Counted from the first letter of the stretch, positions 1 to 9,107 are shown. The stretch: DNA of 22,725 nucleotides from Candidatus Thorarchaeota archaeon (GCA_003345555.1 PRDJ01000049.1:1-22725), one strand, 5' to 3'. Numbers and translations are program-made. Notes: generated by a model not told the origin, from the sequence alone.

Positions 1-276
1 CAGGACTCATATCACGATCAAGCGCCCATACTGGAATCGCTTTACGGTATGATAGGAGACGTCCCTGGAGGCTACTCGTTCTACGCAGGCAGTCCACTTC
101 AATCGAATGCGAACCAGAATCTAAGTCCAATAATCGACTCTCGTATTTCGTGGGTTCTGCCCGGGGTCGCACTCAATTTACAGATGGTACTCCTAGCCGC
201 TTTGATTGCCACAATACCCTTGCTGATTGTTTCTGCAATTGGGAGGAGATCATACGGGACTGCGAAGACACGCTAA
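1..276 (+). CDS. 3' end of a membrane-anchored (probably cell-surface) protein, truncated by the window edge
   Basis: Frame +1 is open from base 1 (QDSYHDQAPILESLYGMIG...) to TAA at 274-276. It ends in a hydrophobic segment (LQMVLLAALIATIPLLIVSAI) followed by a basic tail (GRRSYGTAKTR). The listed start at 49 is probably internal. Confidence 0.7.
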   Translation, partial: QDSYHDQAPILESLYGMIGDVPGGYSFYAGSPLQSNANQNLSPIIDSRISWVLPGVALNLQMVLLAALIATIPLLIVSAIGRRSYGTAKTR

Positions 277-1468
277 CCTCGCCAGCTATGCTCTGGGAAA
301 CGTACTGAAGTACCGAACCAAAAGTGCAATGATATTAGCTGCTCTCGTGATATCAACAACGCTCCTGTGCTCTGTGGAGTTCATCAGGACGGGAGTTGAA
401 GTGGACGTTGCGTCTTCAGTAGGAGAGGGTCCCGATTTGATAGTACAACGACTGGTGGGAGGTCGCCAGGCTCAAATCCCCGCGGCTTGGATTGAAAACG
501 TGTCAGCAACAGACGGCGTCAGGCTGGCAACACCTCGGGTGTGGGGATACGCGGAGGCAGGGGCTGGCAGACTAATCACTATCATGGGAGTCAATGCCAC
601 AGACTATGGAAACGTGTTTGGTGCAGTGGGAACGAGCATTCTCGCAGGCGGCAGGTTCATCGAAGAAGGCGATACAAGAAAGATGGTTGTAGGTCTAGGC
701 ATAGTAGACATGATGGCCGCATCAGGATCGTCACTATTGATTGACGTGGGATCCACGCTTTCTCTCATCGCGTACAATGGCAGCCTGATAGAGTTCCAAG
801 TTGTGGGCATCTTTACATCCGAATCAAGGATTTACAGCTATGACTTGATTCTTACAGACTTGACAAGTGCAGGAGCAGTACTAGGCACGGACAACATCTC
901 ATACACGGATATCGCTGTTTGGGTTGAGTTGGGGAGCAATGTAAACAGCGTGGCTCTGCAGATGGATACTTCCATTTCGGAAGCACGCATCTTAACGAAA
1001 GGCGCAATGGGAACAATGATGCTAAGGACTTATGGCGACCGTGCTGGCATTGTTGCATTGCTTTGGGCCACAGTCCTCTTGGTGGTCGTATTGCTTGCAT
1101 TCTCGGCATCGAGTGCGGGGTCCGACGAATATCGAAGAGAGGTTGGACTGCTTAAGGCGCTGGGTTTCGATACTGTTGACGTTCTGGAGATTAGGATGTT
1201 CGAAGCTATAACGCTGGGTCTCCTCGGGGCGAGCTTAGGCATTTCCTCTGCAATAGTATACGACTTCGTCCTGAACGCCCCTCTTGTTGCGGGGTATATG
1301 CTCGGATGGAACCTTGTGCTGCTGAATGGAGGAATTCCTTTGGCGATTTCGCTTCCTACGGTCTTCACTGTGTTTGCCGTAGCTTTGGTGCCCATAATGG
1401 TGGCAACAGTTCTGCCTTCTTGGCGGAACGCGATAACCGAACCTGATGTGGTCTTAAGGGGGGTATAA
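227..1468 (+). CDS. ABC transporter permease, MacB/FtsX/LolE-like
   Basis: N-terminal basic motif plus TM (KYRTKSAMILAAL), a large extracytoplasmic domain, then three C-terminal TMs with the FtsX-type motif RREVGLLKALGF. Adjacent to an ABC ATPase. The true start may be later (in-frame CTG at 260 after GGAGGAG at 242-248). Confidence 0.9.
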   Translation: MFLQLGGDHTGLRRHANLASYALGNVLKYRTKSAMILAALVISTTLLCSVEFIRTGVEVDVASSVGEGPDLIVQRLVGGRQAQIPAAWIENVSATDGVRLATPRVWGYAEAGAGRLITIMGVNATDYGNVFGAVGTSILAGGRFIEEGDTRKMVVGLGIVDMMAASGSSLLIDVGSTLSLIAYNGSLIEFQVVGIFTSESRIYSYDLILTDLTSAGAVLGTDNISYTDIAVWVELGSNVNSVALQMDTSISEARILTKGAMGTMMLRTYGDRAGIVALLWATVLLVVVLLAFSASSAGSDEYRREVGLLKALGFDTVDVLEIRMFEAITLGLLGASLGISSAIVYDFVLNAPLVAGYMLGWNLVLLNGGIPLAISLPTVFTVFAVALVPIMVATVLPSWRNAITEPDVVLRGV

Positions 1469-1469
1469 C

Positions 1470-2147
1470 GTGGCATCGGTTGCTCGCACAATTGAAGTGT
1501 GGAAAAGCTATGGGCAAGGAGGACCAAGGCAAGTTGATGCTGTGCAGGGAGTATCAGTAGAAATCGAGAAAGGAAGAGTCACGGCAATTGGAGGACCCAG
1601 CGGCTCCGGAAAGACGACTCTCTTGAGTCTCATTGGTCTATTGACCAGACCGACAAAGGGAAAGATCCTTTATGATGACAAGGATCTCTCCTCTGTCTCT
1701 GAAGTCTACAGGACACGAGTTCGCCGAAACCGAATCGGTTTCATTTTTCAGGCCCAGTATCTGATTCCTCAGCTCACCGCGATTGAGAACGTCGCTCTTC
1801 CCAAGCTATGCATGGATGTCCCCAGGTCGGAGGCAGAGCGCCAGGCCGCAGAAAGACTTGTGGCGCTTGGCATGAGTCACAGGCTGGGATTTAGAGTCGC
1901 AGAGCTGAGTGGCGGAGAACAGCAGCGAGTCTCGATAGCAAGATCTCTCATGAACTCTCCGGATGTCCTGATTGCAGACGAACCGGGCGCATCGATGGAC
2001 GAGGATTTGACTGCTGAACTCCTTTCGGCCCTCAGAGGGATGGTTGATGAGCATGGACTTACTGTGATAGTGGCCTCGCACGACCAGAAGGTTCTGGACT
2101 GGGCGGACAAGCGGCTGAACATGCGCGATGGCAAGATTGTGACGTAG
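1470..2147 (+). CDS. ABC transporter ATP-binding protein, LolD/MacB-like
   Basis: Walker A GPSGSGKTT, Q-loop GFIFQ, signature LSGGEQQRV, Walker B LIADEP, H-loop SHD. GTG start 1 nt after the permease stop. Confidence 0.95.
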   Translation: MASVARTIEVWKSYGQGGPRQVDAVQGVSVEIEKGRVTAIGGPSGSGKTTLLSLIGLLTRPTKGKILYDDKDLSSVSEVYRTRVRRNRIGFIFQAQYLIPQLTAIENVALPKLCMDVPRSEAERQAAERLVALGMSHRLGFRVAELSGGEQQRVSIARSLMNSPDVLIADEPGASMDEDLTAELLSALRGMVDEHGLTVIVASHDQKVLDWADKRLNMRDGKIVT

Positions 2148-2213
2148 CGCTTTTCATTCGCTTGAATGGCAAGCCAGTTGTATTCGACGCTGGCGTTGGG
2201 GGCAAGCACCTCT

Positions 2214-3311
2214 TTACAGTACGAGCAGCCAATGGGAAATCATCGATGTAATGCTGAATACCAGCGCCACAGATGACACCTTGCGTAGTAGACCAAGCAT
2301 GGACCCGATAGCTTCCGGATTGAGACCTTTTCGCGTCCAAGTAACTTGAAGGGCGAGACGCCAGCCGGCCGAGGCAATCCCCAACCAGAAGAGCCCCGAG
2401 AAGAGTGCTGTGTCTGGAAACTCCTGAAAGAGGCAATAAGGACAATGATGGGTGGACAAACCCAAGACGGCTGGAGCATAGGTATCGTGCAGCGCGACGA
2501 AGTACAAAGCGGCGGCCGCAAAGCAAAGACCAACTGTCACCATACGCGCCAGGTTACTTTGTTGCCCTGACCATTGAATAACGACAACAGACAACGTAAC
2601 AACTACCGTAAGTGCGGCAATCGTAGTGCCGACCTCTGGCCCCAGATATGCAGACGGAGAGAAAGGAGGGTCAACATCGTAGATACTTGAACAGCAGGGA
2701 AGGTAGATTGGCTTGACGAAAGACACAACCAGAATATCCAAGGCGCTGTCAACCAACACAAGTGGCAGCAGAAGAAACAAGAACGATCTGGCCAAGTCCT
2801 TCATCATTGGCAGCTCTGCTTGGCCGCGGTTCGCGTTCTCAACGATTAGCCAGAGGCCATAGAAGAATGGTACAAACAGCTTGAGGGCTATCGCAGCTAA
2901 CGAGTACGGAGCTCCTGCATTGACTACGCCGTAAGCACACATGGCTCCCGGACAGTAGGGCACGAGCGACTGAAGCATCCAGAAGAATATCGGCACATCG
3001 AAGATGCGTGCAATCAACACAACGACGCCAATCAACCCGAGAAGATAGTACTTCTGCTCAGAGATACCAATTGATGCTTGGTCGCCCTTCAATCCCTCTA
3101 TGATACTCGATGAGACAAACCCGCCGTACAGTGCTAGAGCCAGCGTTAGAAGGCCAATCGCGAGAACGACAACTGTTGTCACTGTAAAAATCATGTTTGG
3201 CGCTCCGACGTCGTCTTTCGGATACTTATCGACACTAAAGCGTTTTCGCGGAGCGAGTATGGTTTCACAGATGGCTGTTTGCCGGCTAATGTGCTCGGTC
3301 GCGGGGATCAC
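2214..3311 (-). CDS. Uncharacterised ~8-TM membrane protein with CPGAMC, PCCS and HHCPYC motifs
   Basis: Eight hydrophobic segments. Cys/His motifs at 2937-2954, 2691-2696 and 2433-2450. Start is either GTG at 3311 (4-nt GTGA overlap with the NfeD stop) or ATG at 3194, where the hydrophobic sequence begins. Confidence 0.85.
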   Translation of the reverse strand: MIPATEHISRQTAICETILAPRKRFSVDKYPKDDVGAPNMIFTVTTVVVLAIGLLTLALALYGGFVSSSIIEGLKGDQASIGISEQKYYLLGLIGVVVLIARIFDVPIFFWMLQSLVPYCPGAMCAYGVVNAGAPYSLAAIALKLFVPFFYGLWLIVENANRGQAELPMMKDLARSFLFLLLPLVLVDSALDILVVSFVKPIYLPCCSSIYDVDPPFSPSAYLGPEVGTTIAALTVVVTLSVVVIQWSGQQSNLARMVTVGLCFAAAALYFVALHDTYAPAVLGLSTHHCPYCLFQEFPDTALFSGLFWLGIASAGWRLALQVTWTRKGLNPEAIGSMLGLLRKVSSVALVFSITSMISHWLLVL

Positions 3312-3703
3312 GTATTAATCGGTGCGACATTCAATGTCAGGTTCTGCATTGACAGAACGCGCACCTCGCTGCCCTGAGCGATTTCCCCAACTTCGCAACG
3401 AGCATCCCAGAGTTCCACGCCCACTCTGATTTTGCCGTGCTTGGGTGTGACAGTCTCCGTAACGACCCCGGTCATTCCCTTCATGTCGTACAGTTCGTAT
3501 GAAGCCGTGTCTAGCAATGAAGGATAGACGAGATAGTATTTCACCACGACAAATACCGCTGCACAAGCAATCGCTAGTATGGTGACATCCCATAGGTACT
3601 CAGGGGCAAAATAGTACACGAGAAAGATAACCAAAGGAACGAGAAATAGCTCGTCCACGGTAATTGCGATGAACTTCAATCTGGGTGAAAAGCGTCTGGT
3701 CAT
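3308..3703 (-). CDS. Short NfeD-like protein (membrane anchor plus OB-fold)
   Basis: Two N-terminal TMs then GMTGVVTETVTPKHGKIRVGVELWDAR...GSEVRVLSMQNLTLNV, typical of the NfeD C-terminal OB domain. I prefer ATG at 3703 over the ORF-finder start at 3778 because it follows GGGAGA and lies downstream of a TATA-like element. Confidence 0.85.
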   Translation of the reverse strand: MTRRFSPRLKFIAITVDELFLVPLVIFLVYYFAPEYLWDVTILAIACAAVFVVVKYYLVYPSLLDTASYELYDMKGMTGVVTETVTPKHGKIRVGVELWDARCEVGEIAQGSEVRVLSMQNLTLNVAPINT

Positions 3704-3737
3704 TCTCCCATCTCTCTGCCAATGCAAGTTAGGGTCT

Positions 3738-3758
3738 GTAATAAGAAAAGGTTTTGCA
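3738..3758 (-). promoter_or_regulatory. Putative BRE/TATA-like promoter for the NfeD and Cys-rich membrane protein genes
   Basis: Minus strand reads CAAAACCTTTTCTTATTA about 35-55 nt upstream of ATG 3703. The same CAAA(A)C(C)TTT pattern occurs near 9565 (+) and 9510 (-). Confidence 0.4.
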
Positions 3759-4050
3759 GAGACATACAGAACGGCCAAAAGGCGGATTCTGACGGGCCGG
3801 AGGCTGACTTGCCCTTGATAGAGAGTGTTCCAGTAGGTGACGCAACGAAAGCAAAATCAATCTCCGTCGGGCTTGGTTGAAGTGGATTCTGTTCGAAAGG
3901 CCGGAATTGCCCTGCAAAATGCCGAATGAGAATCTACCATAGCGTGCGCCAGTCACATGGCTTTTAAGACTGCCGAGGATTGGAAGAGTACTGAACTTGG
4001 ACCACACGCTTCGCTGAATGGTCGGTCATCACTGCCTATTTGGTCATGAG

Positions 4051-4080
4051 GCAGAAAAGACAGGAGGAACGTATCCTCCT
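4051..4080 (-). terminator. Hairpin plus U-tract downstream of the MFS gene
   Basis: Perfect 7-bp inverted repeat AGGAGGA-ACGTA-TCCTCCT (4062-4080) just after the double TAA TAA stop (4084-4089), followed on the minus strand by GTCTTTTCT. Confidence 0.55.
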
Positions 4081-4086
4081 ATCTTA

Positions 4087-5421
4087 TTATTGAGCAACCT
4101 CGGACTTCTGCTCGTCGCCTATCTCTCCCAACTTGACTCTCAATGTTATCAGCAATGCTACTAGAAGAAATGCGATTGAGAGTGGAAAGAGGAGCTTGAT
4201 CGTAGTAAGATCGAAAATCACTCCTGCGACAAAGGGCCCGACGATTGCGGCGCTCGTGCTGAACGCGTAGTACAGTCCAGTTCCGGCACCCAATCGTGCT
4301 TTACCGAGCTGCTCCCATACCATCACTATGCTGTTCACATTCACTAGGGCCCACCCAAGTCCCGCGACGGCAAGGACGCCGAAAATTACGTAATAGTCCG
4401 TCACGAAATATAAAGCGGTCATTGACACCAACATGATTACGAGCCCGGCTAGGATGGCGTTGCGACGACCCACTTTTCCCGCAGCAAAACCGGCTGGCAC
4501 TGCGAATATCACAAACGAGACTGCGATCCCATTGAATAGGAATGACGCATCAGCGGTTGCGAAGCCGAGGACTTCCTTGCCGTACTTGGTAAACCAAGTC
4601 TCTATCGAGTTGTATGCCAAGAACCAGAAGAATATCGCCGCGAGAATTGCCCGGGCAGACTTCTCTTTCGACAATGACACCAATCTGAAGGCTTGGATTA
4701 TCCCAATCTCCTTCGGCTTTTCTAGGTCTACTGGGGGAAGAGGAGGTTCCTTGACAAGTTTGTATAGAATCAGGACGGCAATCACCATTATGATGCTTGT
4801 TGAAAGAAATGCCAGAACAGGACCTATCTGAGTTGGTCCGACCCCGAACATGGCAGCGAGACCAGGGTCCTGAAGCTTGTATATCCGGGATGCAATGGCG
4901 AATGCATAGATAGACCCGATTCCTCCCATCAGATTGATCACGCCATTCGCCTTGCTCCTATGCACAGAGGGCACGAGGTCGGGCATGAGTGCAACTACTG
5001 GCGCGCGATAGAATGCCATCGACACGTTGAACGCCGTCAGAAAAGCAAACATGGCCCAGAAGTTTAGAATCGTCCACCCATATACGATCAAGAAGAAGAA
5101 GGCAGCCGCGAGGGGGGTGCCAATCATGACAAATGGCATTCGGCGGCCAAATCGCGTCCGAACCTTGTCAGACCTCGCGCTGATGTAAGGTTGCATGAAC
5201 AACGCGAGTACATTGTCCATGACCATGATAGCCCCAATAATGGTGTTCTGTAGTGTGCCTGTGATGAAGGTTGGCAAGAAGTCGGCAGGGAGGTAGCTGT
5301 TGTACACACCCCATGAGATGCCAGTCGTGAAGAAGCCGAGCCCTATCGCGAAGACATACAACCAACGCATCTTCTCAGGCGGATGCTGGGAAGCATCATC
5401 CGAAGCTCTGTCATTCTCCAT
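4087..5421 (-). CDS. MFS transporter, sucrose/maltose (GPH/SLC45-like) type
   Basis: About 12 TMs. Family motif SDKVRTRFGRRMPF, DLVPSVHRSKANG, and second-half GKVGRR. ATG 5421 follows AGGAG; the ORF extends to 5469. Confidence 0.9.
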   Translation of the reverse strand: MENDRASDDASQHPPEKMRWLYVFAIGLGFFTTGISWGVYNSYLPADFLPTFITGTLQNTIIGAIMVMDNVLALFMQPYISARSDKVRTRFGRRMPFVMIGTPLAAAFFFLIVYGWTILNFWAMFAFLTAFNVSMAFYRAPVVALMPDLVPSVHRSKANGVINLMGGIGSIYAFAIASRIYKLQDPGLAAMFGVGPTQIGPVLAFLSTSIIMVIAVLILYKLVKEPPLPPVDLEKPKEIGIIQAFRLVSLSKEKSARAILAAIFFWFLAYNSIETWFTKYGKEVLGFATADASFLFNGIAVSFVIFAVPAGFAAGKVGRRNAILAGLVIMLVSMTALYFVTDYYVIFGVLAVAGLGWALVNVNSIVMVWEQLGKARLGAGTGLYYAFSTSAAIVGPFVAGVIFDLTTIKLLFPLSIAFLLVALLITLRVKLGEIGDEQKSEVAQ

Positions 5422-5502
5422 TTCAACTCTGACTCCTAGGAATAGTTGAATCTCGATTTGTTTTGCCATGCCGAACCAGTATAATAGACTGCTGAATCGA
5501 GT

Positions 5503-6987
5503 CTAGCTCTCAGGTCGATGGGCAACTGCGAGGCCAACCCCAAGGACGGCATACAGAGATAATGCGATGATGGGAATGACGATGTCCAACAACGTTGCTC
5601 CGAAGAAGACCACTCCCTTGACTGCCATTACGTAGTAGGTCAATGGAAAGACGTAAGGTAGGAAGGCCAGGTAAGATGGCAACATGGATAGCGGGAAGAA
5701 GATACCGGAGAGGAATATCTGTGGTACTACGTATATGGGTATCATCTGGACGACCTGTAATTCGGTCTTCATCCTGTAAGAGACGGCTATCGCTAATGTG
5801 ACCGATGCCACGACAAGCAGGAGAATAGGCAGAACCAGCATCCCCATTGCTGATAGAATGCTTGGCGAATAGTACACTATAACGAGGGTGATCATCGTTG
5901 TCTGGACAAGAGATACGCCAATGAAAGCAATGACGTAGCCGATGACCACGTCCAGATCACTGAGAGGGGACGCTCGCATTCTCTCAAGCGTGCCCTGCTG
6001 TCGTTCACGCAGGAAGAAGACCCCTGATATGATGAAGCCAAAGAAGAGAGCAAAGAAGCCTATCACGGACGGACCAGCAAGCTCGATCATCGACATGCCC
6101 GCCGCACCATAGACATACGTAATTGAGACGTCTGTTCCTCTGTCGAGAACCGACTTGGCCGCGTCGGCAAGGGCTTCCTGTACAGCCGCAAGCACAGTGC
6201 CAACCTCAGTGGTCTCTATACCGTTAACGAAGATTTCAACAGTCGGCTTTCCGCCTGTGAGGAGGAGACTAGTGAAATTCTCGGGCAGATAGACACCAAC
6301 GGTGCTTGTCTCTGAACGAACTGAGTCGATGACCTCTTCTCGGCTGTGACATAGAACTAGCGATACGTTGCCGTTGGTCGATAGGGATGCCTGAACAACT
6401 TCCCCTATAGCAACCGGGAAGCCTACATCTTCGTCGACCAATGAGAGGTTGAAGGAGAGACTGCCTGCGGGAGGCAGGGCAGGTACGAGGACGGTCACGT
6501 TGCGATCTACTGTGAGTCCGGTTCTTCCTACGAATTGTGTGAGTGCATTCGAAGTAGCATTTCCTATCGTGCTGATAATGTAGTTCGCTTGAGGCCATGT
6601 CGTCACATTCACGTATAGCTCAATGCTGGTATTTGTGCTCTTGAGCAAGCCTAACGTAAGACCCGCAGGAAGCAGGAGAACGGCCTGCACGGACGTCCCA
6701 AAATCCAAGAAAGCAGTGGTGAGCGACCTGTGAATGACTGTCACATTCTCGTTCCCCTCAAGCTCGCTGGTTATTGTACCTCCAAGGGTAGTTCCCCAAG
6801 CTTGATCATTCACAAATATCGCTGTGGGAACGTTTGCAACCGTGCCAGTGAACATGATGGCATAAATGAAGGTAACAAGCAGAGGAGCCACCAACATAAG
6901 TCCAAGCGTTCGGCGATCTCTACGTATCTGACGGCTGATTCTGCGGACGATTGTCCAAATTCTGCTTGTGCTTGTACCCGGACTCAT
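5503..6987 (-). CDS. ABC-2 type exporter permease with two tandem extracellular domains
   Basis: N-terminal RQIRRDRRTLGLML motif, large extracellular region, C-terminal RERQQGTLERMRASP and FLSGIFFPL..LP motifs. ATG overlaps the ATPase TAA (TAATG). Confidence 0.9.
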   Translation of the reverse strand: MSPGTSTSRIWTIVRRISRQIRRDRRTLGLMLVAPLLVTFIYAIMFTGTVANVPTAIFVNDQAWGTTLGGTITSELEGNENVTVIHRSLTTAFLDFGTSVQAVLLLPAGLTLGLLKSTNTSIELYVNVTTWPQANYIISTIGNATSNALTQFVGRTGLTVDRNVTVLVPALPPAGSLSFNLSLVDEDVGFPVAIGEVVQASLSTNGNVSLVLCHSREEVIDSVRSETSTVGVYLPENFTSLLLTGGKPTVEIFVNGIETTEVGTVLAAVQEALADAAKSVLDRGTDVSITYVYGAAGMSMIELAGPSVIGFFALFFGFIISGVFFLRERQQGTLERMRASPLSDLDVVIGYVIAFIGVSLVQTTMITLVIVYYSPSILSAMGMLVLPILLLVVASVTLAIAVSYRMKTELQVVQMIPIYVVPQIFLSGIFFPLSMLPSYLAFLPYVFPLTYYVMAVKGVVFFGATLLDIVIPIIALSLYAVLGVGLAVAHRPES

Positions 6988-7901
6988 TACCCCTCCCTCC
7001 CAGCTAGATGTGCAAATGCCTCATCGAGGCCCGGCTGCCTCACAACTATGTCGCGAGCATGAATGCCTGAGGAAGATATGGCTTGGATTACACGGAATAA
7101 TCCCTCATCACTGGTCACAACAACCTTGAACCGATTGTCAGTTAGCTCACTCGATGCTATTCCGTCAAGGGACCGTTTCAAGCGAGTAGCATCCTCTGCG
7201 TTAATCACACCTGAAACTGTACGCTCGAGCGGTAGTGAAGAGATTATCCCATTGGGACTTGCGTGCGCTATTAGCCTACCCTGAAATATCATCATGACTG
7301 AATCACAGCGAGAGGCTTCTTCCAAGTAGTGAGTTGTCATCAGAACGGTCTTTCCCTGATGAGCAATCTTCTGGAAATAGTCCCAGAACTCCATCCGTAG
7401 GCCGGGGCTAACGCCAACGGTTGGCTCGTCGAGGAAGATGACGTCAGGTTGATGAACAACAGTACAGGCAAGGCTCAGCCTCTGGACGGTCCCCCCGCTC
7501 AAGACCTCCACTGGCCGGTCTAGATACTCGCTGATGTGAGTCAGTTTGGCCGCCTCAGTGATTAGTTCATCTTGCCTATTCGGGTCTCGAACACCATAGG
7601 CTTCGGCAAAGAACTGGAGATTCTCTCGTGCAGTCAAGTCAGGATAGAGAGCCTTCTGTTGGGTCATGTAGCCAATCTTGCCCCGTTCTTCGGGACTCAG
7701 AAGGTCAGCCCTTTTCTCACCTATGTAGCAGGATCCCGCGGTAGGCTTGAGTATACCCACCATCATCCGGACAAGCGTTGTCTTGCCCGATCCATTGGGC
7801 CCAATCATGCCCAAGATGGTCCCCCCCGGGATTTCAAGACTCACATCATCAACCGCCAACACTTCGCCAAAGCGTTTCGATACGTTGACAGCCTTAATCA
7901 A
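6987..7901 (-). CDS. ABC-2 exporter ATP-binding protein (CcmA/DrrA-like)
   Basis: Walker A GPNGSGKTT, signature LSGG, Walker B FLDEPT, H-loop TTHY, plus a C-terminal accessory domain ending PGLDEAF. TTG at 7901 after GGTGG is the likely start; the ORF extends to 8027. Confidence 0.93.
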   Translation of the reverse strand: MIKAVNVSKRFGEVLAVDDVSLEIPGGTILGMIGPNGSGKTTLVRMMVGILKPTAGSCYIGEKRADLLSPEERGKIGYMTQQKALYPDLTARENLQFFAEAYGVRDPNRQDELITEAAKLTHISEYLDRPVEVLSGGTVQRLSLACTVVHQPDVIFLDEPTVGVSPGLRMEFWDYFQKIAHQGKTVLMTTHYLEEASRCDSVMMIFQGRLIAHASPNGIISSLPLERTVSGVINAEDATRLKRSLDGIASSELTDNRFKVVVTSDEGLFRVIQAISSSGIHARDIVVRQPGLDEAFAHLAGREG

Positions 7902-8277
7902 AGCGCTCTCGCCACCGCACGGGTTGTCGCGGTCCGTTTGTAGAAATGCATAGACCTTCGGCTGTAGCTTGACGTGAAGGTCACTCATAAAGCAGTGGTG
8001 TTGCCCCGGCGGTGACACTTGCGGCATATATTCTCAAGGCCAGTCAATGCAGCGGGCATAACCGACTTCGGGTGCACAATCATTGCTGTTCTCGTGCATG
8101 ATTACGCTCTTCAGAGATCTAGGTAGTGAGTGGGCGAGGTGAATGAGGCTTCGCGAACGAGCGGTCAACGTAGGATGACATATCCTAGTACAAAGGAAAA
8201 GGGAGCAGATTGATATCGTGGCAAGGAAACCAGGCATCTGCGCATGTCGGTGTGAGATCTCTGGAGCGTAGTCAAGC

Positions 8278-9087
8278 TTGAAAGAATTTCATCTGAAAGC
8301 CCTCAGATGCCCGTCGTGCCGCAGGTCGCTTCGCCTCTCAGAAGTGCACTTAGATGGTGATGAGATTGAGAGCGGAAAGGTCGTGTGTGAAAAGAGGCAC
8401 AGCTGGTTGGTAGACGAGGGTATCCCGGCACTGGTATACCCGAGGGCGAGCGCGAAAGACGAGACGTGGATTAAGCAATACGATAGCATGGCTGAGAACT
8501 ATGACGACCTTCTGAAATCGTATGATGAGTGGCTTGGCATTGATATGATGAAGGAGAGGGAGAGACTCGGCAACTACGTGACAATTGAGGGTCCGTCCAA
8601 GATAGCGGACGTAAGCATGGGAACAGGGGCGAATTTTGCCGCCCTATACGGCAGATTCAGACAAGAGATGGGCAGGTTCGACTTTCATGGTCTCGACATG
8701 TCACACGGGATGCTGAGAATTGCAAGAAGGAAATTCAAGGATCTTGGCATCACTGTCGGACTTGTTCAGGGCAATGTATTCAATTTGCCCTACCAAGATG
8801 ACTACTTCAACCTCGTAATTCACAGCGGGGGAATCAATACTTTCTCTGATAAGAGCCGTGCACTTGAAGAGATGTTGCGAGTTGTGAAGCCTTGGGGCAT
8901 TGTGGTAGTCACCGATGAAGGGCTGTCTCCAGATGTGAGGAGGACAGATAGAGGAAAGGAGATTCTGAAGACGAATTCTTTGTTCGGATCGAGACCCCCG
9001 CTTGAGCATGTCCCACCAATGGCACGCCATCTCGAAGTCGCCTATGTAATGGGCGGGACGTTCTATCAGATGGTCTTCAGCAAGTGA
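8278..9087 (+). CDS. Class I SAM-dependent methyltransferase (UbiE/MenG-like) with an N-terminal Trm112-like zinc ribbon
   Basis: N-terminus LRCPSCRRSL...VVCEKRHSWLVDEGIP (Trm112-like), motif I DVSMGTG, GLDMSHGML, GNVFNLPYQDDYF, LEEMLRVVKPWG. TTG start. Confidence 0.88.
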   Translation: MKEFHLKALRCPSCRRSLRLSEVHLDGDEIESGKVVCEKRHSWLVDEGIPALVYPRASAKDETWIKQYDSMAENYDDLLKSYDEWLGIDMMKERERLGNYVTIEGPSKIADVSMGTGANFAALYGRFRQEMGRFDFHGLDMSHGMLRIARRKFKDLGITVGLVQGNVFNLPYQDDYFNLVIHSGGINTFSDKSRALEEMLRVVKPWGIVVVTDEGLSPDVRRTDRGKEILKTNSLFGSRPPLEHVPPMARHLEVAYVMGGTFYQMVFSK

Positions 9088-9107
9088 TACGTAACTCAAC
9101 ACGCAGG

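Noticed and set aside
3704-4061. 360-nt intergenic region and the 92-aa ORF 3729-4007 as a gene or an RNA (tRNA, SRP, RNase P)
   Set aside because: No RBS or recognisable protein motif, the ORF overlaps the NfeD promoter, and there are no tRNA, SRP or RNase P signature sequences.
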